Below are positions 21,415 through 26,386 of a stretch of DNA of 26,386 nucleotides, piece by piece. Below the pieces are notes generated by a model. It was not told the origin of the DNA, did no database searches, and saw only the letters and a list, made by a program, of their open reading frames with translations. The stretch is from NCBI GenBank assembly GCA_049999805.1, contig JBNGIO010005925.1, positions 99,673-126,058 on the forward strand, read 5' to 3'. The stretch is from Folioceros fuciformis (taxonomy: Eukaryota). Position 1 is the stretch's first letter, and each line of letters starts with the position of its first letter. A program made the position numbers and the translations under genes.

Positions 21415-24400
21415 ATGGCTGCCTGGAGACAGATCTCGCAGCGAGGTCGTCACCAGGAGCTATTTGGGCGACAAGGTTTTCGGGACTCGGCAGCTTGGCA
21501 ACTTCATAACAGCCTCCGTTCATCTGGTGCCCCGCAGGTCGAGGTGGATTGTCACACCTCCCGTTGGCACTGGAGCTTGCCGGATGATGCTGCGCCTGGC
21601 AGGTGTGAAGGATACGAAGGGAGCGTAGGCGCTGGCACCGTGAGCGAGCTATGTTGTCAGGGGCATCTCTATGAGGCTGTTGAGGCTTTGGGAGTTTTGG
21701 TGCAGAGGGGGGATTTCGTTTCCAAGTCTCTTTTTTACACTGTGCTCAAGAGATGTACGGTGGACAAGAACCTTGTTCTCGGTCGTCGGGTCCATGCTTT
21801 TACTGTTAAAATGGGGCACCAGTCAGACACGTTCCTGTGCAACCACATTCTGCGAATGTACACTTCTCATGGCAGGTTGCAAGACGCCATGGATGTGCTT
21901 GCTCTGGTTGGCAAGCCAGATGCGTACACTTGGTCTGCCATTATCTCTGCGCATGTTAAAGAAGGAGAGGGCGAAGGGGCCATAGAGCTATATCGGCTGA
22001 TGCGTAGGTCAAGTGTGAGGCCGGATGGCCATGTTTTCGTGGCGGCTCTTCAGGCCTGTACAAGGGGAGCAGACTTGACTACTGGGCGGCATCTGCATGC
22101 AGATGTGTTGGCTAGTGGGGTAGAGCATGACTTGTTTGTTTGCAATTGCTTGGTCGACATGTATGGAAGGTGTGGCAGCTTGGAAGACGCCCGACGAGTG
22201 TTTGATGGCCTGGGTCTGAAAGACGTGGTGACGTGGAATTCCATGATATCTGCGTATTCCCACCATGGAATGGGGCATGAAGCATTCCTTTTGTATAGTG
22301 CCATGCAGAACGATGGTGCCGCCGTACCCGATTGTGTGACATTTGTGTGCCTCTTGCAGGCATGTGCAAGTGTGGGCGATTTGGGTTTGGTGACGGGCAG
22401 GCAGCTTCATGCAGAGATTAGAGAAGCAGGTCATCAAGCTGATGCATTTGTTGCAAACAGTTTGGTATCCATGTATGCTAAGTGTGGCAGCTTGGAGGAC
22501 GCACGCGAATTATTCCACGGTCTCAGGAAGAAAGATGTGGTGACATGGAATGCAATGATAGCAGGGTGTTCCAAGCAGGGCATGGGCCAGGAAGCCCTTC
22601 GTCTTTACAACGAAGCGCAAGAATGTGGCGTGGCTGCGCCTGATCGGGTGACATTTCTGTGCCTCCTGCAAGCATGTGCAAATGTTGGCAACTCGGCTCT
22701 GGAGAAGGGGAAACAGCTGCATGCCCAGGTTGAAGAACGGGCATATGGAGCTGATGTGTTTGTTGCCAACAGTTTGGTTAACATGTATGCAAAGTGTGGC
22801 AGCTTGGAAGATGCTAAGAGATTGTTTGACGGACTTGTTCAAAGAGATGCAGTGACATGGAATGCCATGATAGCAGGTTTTTCTCGCCAGGGCATGGGCC
22901 AGGAAGCTCTTTACCTCTACAGTGAAATGCAAGAACAGGGCTTGGCTGAACCTGATAATGTGACATTTCTTTGCCTCCTTCAAGCATGTGCAAGTGTGGG
23001 CACCACTGCTTTGGAGCTGGGGAGACGATTTCACGAGCAGATTAGAGAACAAGAGTACCATGATAATTCATCTGTTGCCAGCAGTTTGGTGAACATGTAC
23101 GCAAAGTGTGGCAGCGTGGAAGATGCACGGAGAGTTTTTGAGGGACTTGGTCCCAAAAATGTGGTAACGTGGACGGCTCTCATTTCAGGATATTCTCAGC
23201 ATGGAATGGTCCAGGAGATGCATGATTTGTACAACGCTATGCTACACGAAGGCATTGTCGTGGTGGATTCCGTGTCATTTGTGTGCCTCCTGCAGGCATG
23301 TTCACGTATCGGTAGTCCAGGTCTCGAGATGGGCAAGCAGCTTCATGCTCAAATTAGGGATCGAGGACTTCAAGCTGATGTCTCTGTAGCCAGCGCTTTG
23401 CTGAACATGTATGCTAAGTGTGGCAGCTTAGAAGACGCAGAGGAAGTGTTCAACGGTTTTGGTGAGAAAAATGCCATGATGTGCAATGTTATGATAGCAG
23501 GGTATTGCCAGGAGGGCATGGGCCAGCAAGCCCTTAGTCTTTACATTGCAATGCAAGAAGAAGATGTGGCTTTACTTGATGCCATGACGTTTGTGTGCCT
23601 CCTGCAGGCGTGTGCTGTTGTGGGCAACTCCTCTCTGGAAATAGGAGTTCGGCTGCATATGCAAATCAGAGAACGAGGGTATCAAGCTGATGTGTTTGTA
23701 TCGAGCAGTTTGGTGAACATGTATGCCAAGTGTGGCAGTGTGGAAAACGCACAGAAAGTGTTTGAAGAACTTGGTCAGAAAAATGTGGTAACATATAATG
23801 CTATGATAGCAGGCTTTGTCCACGAGGGTATGGTCCAGGAAGCCCTTCGTGTCTACTCTGCTATGCTAGAAGAAGGAATTAGTTATCCGGACTCCGTCAC
23901 ATTCGTGTGCCTCTTGCAGGCAATTGCAAGTTTGGGCAGCCCGGCTTTGGAGATGGGGAAGTCTCTTCATGCGGAAATCAGAAAAAGAGGAGATGAGGCT
24001 GACGTTTTTGTGGCAGGCAGTTTGATAAGCATGTATACAAAGTGTGGCAAATTGGAGGACGCACGCACAATATTTGATGGGCTTGGTAAGAAGGATGTAG
24101 GTACATGGAATGCCATGATAGCTGGGTTTTCCCAGCAGGGTATGGGCCATGAAGCCCTTGGTCTTTACGGTGCTATGCTAGATGAAGGCTTGGCTGGACC
24201 TGATTCTGTGACATTTGCATGCCTGTTGCAAGCCTGTGCAAGTGTAGGCAGGCCAGCATTGGAGGCGGGCAAGAAGCTTCACGCACGGATCAGAGCACAA
24301 GGACATGAAGGTGATGAATTTGTAGTTAGCAGTTTGGTGAACATGTATGCAAAGTGTGGCAGCTTGGAGGACTCTCGGAGAGTGTTTGACACACTGAGTA

Positions 24401-25359
24401 AGAAAGACGCAGTGACCTGGACAGCTATGATAGGGGGGTATTCACAGCAGGGTATGGGCCAAGAGGCCCTTATTCTCTTCCATGTTATGCAAGAGGAAGG
24501 CATTGCAGTAGCAGATCACGTGACATTTGTATGCCTACTGCGAGCATGTGCAAATTTGGCAGCTTTGCATCTGGGAAGGCAGTTACATGCTCAGATTGAA
24601 GAACAGTGGCTGCAAACTGATTTATCTGTCGCAGGCAGTTTGATAAACATGTACGCAAAGTCTGGAAGTATAATGGAGGCACAACAGGTCTTTGATGCCT
24701 TGCCGGAAAGAGATGTTATTTCCTGGAGTGCATTGATTGCAGGCTACACCTGTCAAGGAGACAGTGACATGGTCTTTGAGTTGGTACAAAGAATGATAGA
24801 GGATGGCATACAGCCAGTCAACGTCACATTTCTCAGTGTACTAACAGTGTGCAGTCATGCGGGTCTTGTCAACAAGGGGAGAGTGTACTTTGATGTTATG
24901 AGCAGGCACTATTACATCTCTCCCAGTGTCGAGCACTACACTTGCATGGTGGATCTCCTGGGCCGTGCAGGGTTACTGGATGATGCCCTGGGTCTAGTAA
25001 GTACGATGGCTGTAGTCCCCAACGCTGCAGTCTGGCACACACTGATGGGTGCTTGTCGTATATGGAGCAATGTCGAGGTGGGTCGCCTTGCTTTTGATGA
25101 AGCCGTGAAGTTAGATAAGCGAGATGCTTCAGCACATGTACTTATGTCCAACATATACAGCGGTGCTCAGATGTGGGAGCAGGCACAGGAGATTCAGGCC
25201 AGGAGATTAAGGAACAGGGCGTGGAAGCTACCGGGTCAGAGCTGGTGGACTGACATGGACGGACTTGTGCATAGTTTTTGGGTTGGCCGTGACCAGCATC
25301 TATCGACTGACAACGACACCGTGGAGCATTCTAGAAAGGTGTCCGCCATCACCTCTTAA
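21415..25359 (+). CDS. PLS-class pentatricopeptide repeat protein (organellar RNA-editing factor) with E1-E2 and a WW-type PG box; DYW domain truncated
   Basis: Single 1314-aa ORF with ~32 P/L/S motifs (VVTWNAMIAG / VTFVCLLQAC / LVNMYAKCGSLEDA), P2-L2-S2 (CSHAGLV, EHYTCMVDLLGRAG), E1 and E2. It ends PGQSWWTDMDGLVHSFWVG, with no intact HxE/CxxC. Confidence 0.96.
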   Translation: MAAWRQISQRGRHQELFGRQGFRDSAAWQLHNSLRSSGAPQVEVDCHTSRWHWSLPDDAAPGRCEGYEGSVGAGTVSELCCQGHLYEAVEALGVLVQRGDFVSKSLFYTVLKRCTVDKNLVLGRRVHAFTVKMGHQSDTFLCNHILRMYTSHGRLQDAMDVLALVGKPDAYTWSAIISAHVKEGEGEGAIELYRLMRRSSVRPDGHVFVAALQACTRGADLTTGRHLHADVLASGVEHDLFVCNCLVDMYGRCGSLEDARRVFDGLGLKDVVTWNSMISAYSHHGMGHEAFLLYSAMQNDGAAVPDCVTFVCLLQACASVGDLGLVTGRQLHAEIREAGHQADAFVANSLVSMYAKCGSLEDARELFHGLRKKDVVTWNAMIAGCSKQGMGQEALRLYNEAQECGVAAPDRVTFLCLLQACANVGNSALEKGKQLHAQVEERAYGADVFVANSLVNMYAKCGSLEDAKRLFDGLVQRDAVTWNAMIAGFSRQGMGQEALYLYSEMQEQGLAEPDNVTFLCLLQACASVGTTALELGRRFHEQIREQEYHDNSSVASSLVNMYAKCGSVEDARRVFEGLGPKNVVTWTALISGYSQHGMVQEMHDLYNAMLHEGIVVVDSVSFVCLLQACSRIGSPGLEMGKQLHAQIRDRGLQADVSVASALLNMYAKCGSLEDAEEVFNGFGEKNAMMCNVMIAGYCQEGMGQQALSLYIAMQEEDVALLDAMTFVCLLQACAVVGNSSLEIGVRLHMQIRERGYQADVFVSSSLVNMYAKCGSVENAQKVFEELGQKNVVTYNAMIAGFVHEGMVQEALRVYSAMLEEGISYPDSVTFVCLLQAIASLGSPALEMGKSLHAEIRKRGDEADVFVAGSLISMYTKCGKLEDARTIFDGLGKKDVGTWNAMIAGFSQQGMGHEALGLYGAMLDEGLAGPDSVTFACLLQACASVGRPALEAGKKLHARIRAQGHEGDEFVVSSLVNMYAKCGSLEDSRRVFDTLSKKDAVTWTAMIGGYSQQGMGQEALILFHVMQEEGIAVADHVTFVCLLRACANLAALHLGRQLHAQIEEQWLQTDLSVAGSLINMYAKSGSIMEAQQVFDALPERDVISWSALIAGYTCQGDSDMVFELVQRMIEDGIQPVNVTFLSVLTVCSHAGLVNKGRVYFDVMSRHYYISPSVEHYTCMVDLLGRAGLLDDALGLVSTMAVVPNAAVWHTLMGACRIWSNVEVGRLAFDEAVKLDKRDASAHVLMSNIYSGAQMWEQAQEIQARRLRNRAWKLPGQSWWTDMDGLVHSFWVGRDQHLSTDNDTVEHSRKVSAITS

Positions 25360-25429
25360 GTTTGTGGAATGTCCTCTGTAACGGGTGTCCCTTCTGCCGA
25401 CATAAGCAAGGATTGGTGCTCCAGGGCTA

Positions 25430-26224
25430 GAGATCGACAATGAGCATTATGCAGAAGTTAAGGAAAAAGGATTTTGTTGTAGCCAGCGTTGTTTGAACAC
25501 GTTTGCACGCTTTGGAAGGTATAGAGAACGAGGTACTGGGTCGAAAAGACTTGGGAATATGGAATGCCATGACGCCAGGGTGTGCGCCTAGGCCGGGTTG
25601 GGGGTCAAGAATTGCCGTCCCCAGATAACAGTATCGTCGGATTCATTCTTGGTTTTAGCCTCGGAGTTTACGATGCCCTGTTTTAACAGGTCATGAAAGG
25701 TACATGGGACGTTGATGCCTCGAGGTCTGACAATTGTTTTCCCCAGATGAAAAGCAAGGCCGCACAGCCTGTGCAGTAATGAGCACATCAGGTATTTGTT
25801 GAGCCCATTGCCTTCGCCCACTTCCACTGGTTATCAGGCTGCAGTCAGTTAAATGGTGGTGGTGCGGTTCGTTAACAGGTGCACGCCCTGCGGTCTACGA
25901 CGCCCACATTTGCTTCTGGGTCGAAGTTTTGTAGAGCATAGCATTGCAATCAGCTTACCTGGTAAAGAAAGGGTGGAAGGACTCTAAAGACATGGTACAG
26001 GAACTTGAACAGATCTTGAATTCCATTCGACATGGTAAGGTTATGCGTAGGTGTCGACTGGTTTTTGTGAACTGAGCAGGGAATTCCGTAGCATTACACA
26101 TTGCACACTGGGCTCAAGATGATTACACAAAATGCTGCAGCACATGTACTTTTGTCCAACATATACAGCGGTGCTCAGATGTGGGAGCAGTCACAGGAGA
26201 TGCAGGCCAGGAGATTAAAGAACA
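25430..26224 (+). pseudogene. Fragmented PPR paralog remnants downstream of the intact PPR gene
   Basis: There is a frameshifted L-S-P-like piece at ~25440-25585 (..LGRKDLGIWNAMTPG) and a DMVQEL-like piece at ~25990. Bases 26132-26224 are an ~95% identical copy of 25124-25216 (E2 motif). Confidence 0.65.
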
Positions 26225-26386
26225 CGCCATGATGCATGTGCATGAGCAGCACCTTCCAATGCTTTCTTGTTCAATTCCTAAACCCTAACCCCTTTCTAAT
26301 TTCTTATCCTTCTTCTATCAACTTCCGTGCTTAAATACAAATGAGACGGTTATTTGCTTGCCGTCAGCATTTGCAAGTACAAGCAT

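Noticed and set aside
22159-24649. Regular repeats as a CRISPR-like array
   Set aside because: The periodicity is in-frame PPR coding sequence in a eukaryotic gene.
26277-26290. CCTAAACCCTAA as a telomerase RNA template
   Set aside because: No USE/TATA promoter context; more likely an isolated telo-box.

Overview
This is gene-dense eukaryotic plant DNA with short introns and two 100-N scaffold gaps. It is most likely from a seed-free plant, probably a hornwort, inferred from the WW-type PG box in the PPR gene and the compact introns. Genes in order: NAA15 (minus, ~26 exons, 78-6115); a small single-TM protein, probably plastid-targeted (minus); a divergently transcribed bacterial YhhW-type pirin with a putative transit peptide (plus); a TIC32-like SDR (plus); a spliced gene joining a Q/H/D/E-rich region to two IS630/Tc1/mariner-like HTH domains with no DDE domain (plus); an intronless HAD pyrimidine-5'-nucleotidase-like gene (minus); a decayed hAT transposon; and a 1314-aa PLS-class PPR gene with a truncated WW-type deaminase end, followed by PPR debris. 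The most notable unannotated signals are a well-formed box C/D snoRNA candidate and a neighbouring 18-nt candidate micro-exon in the longest NAA15 intron, and the apparently domesticated transposase DNA-binding gene. Exon structures were reconstructed by eye, and family assignments rest on recalled motifs, not database searches.
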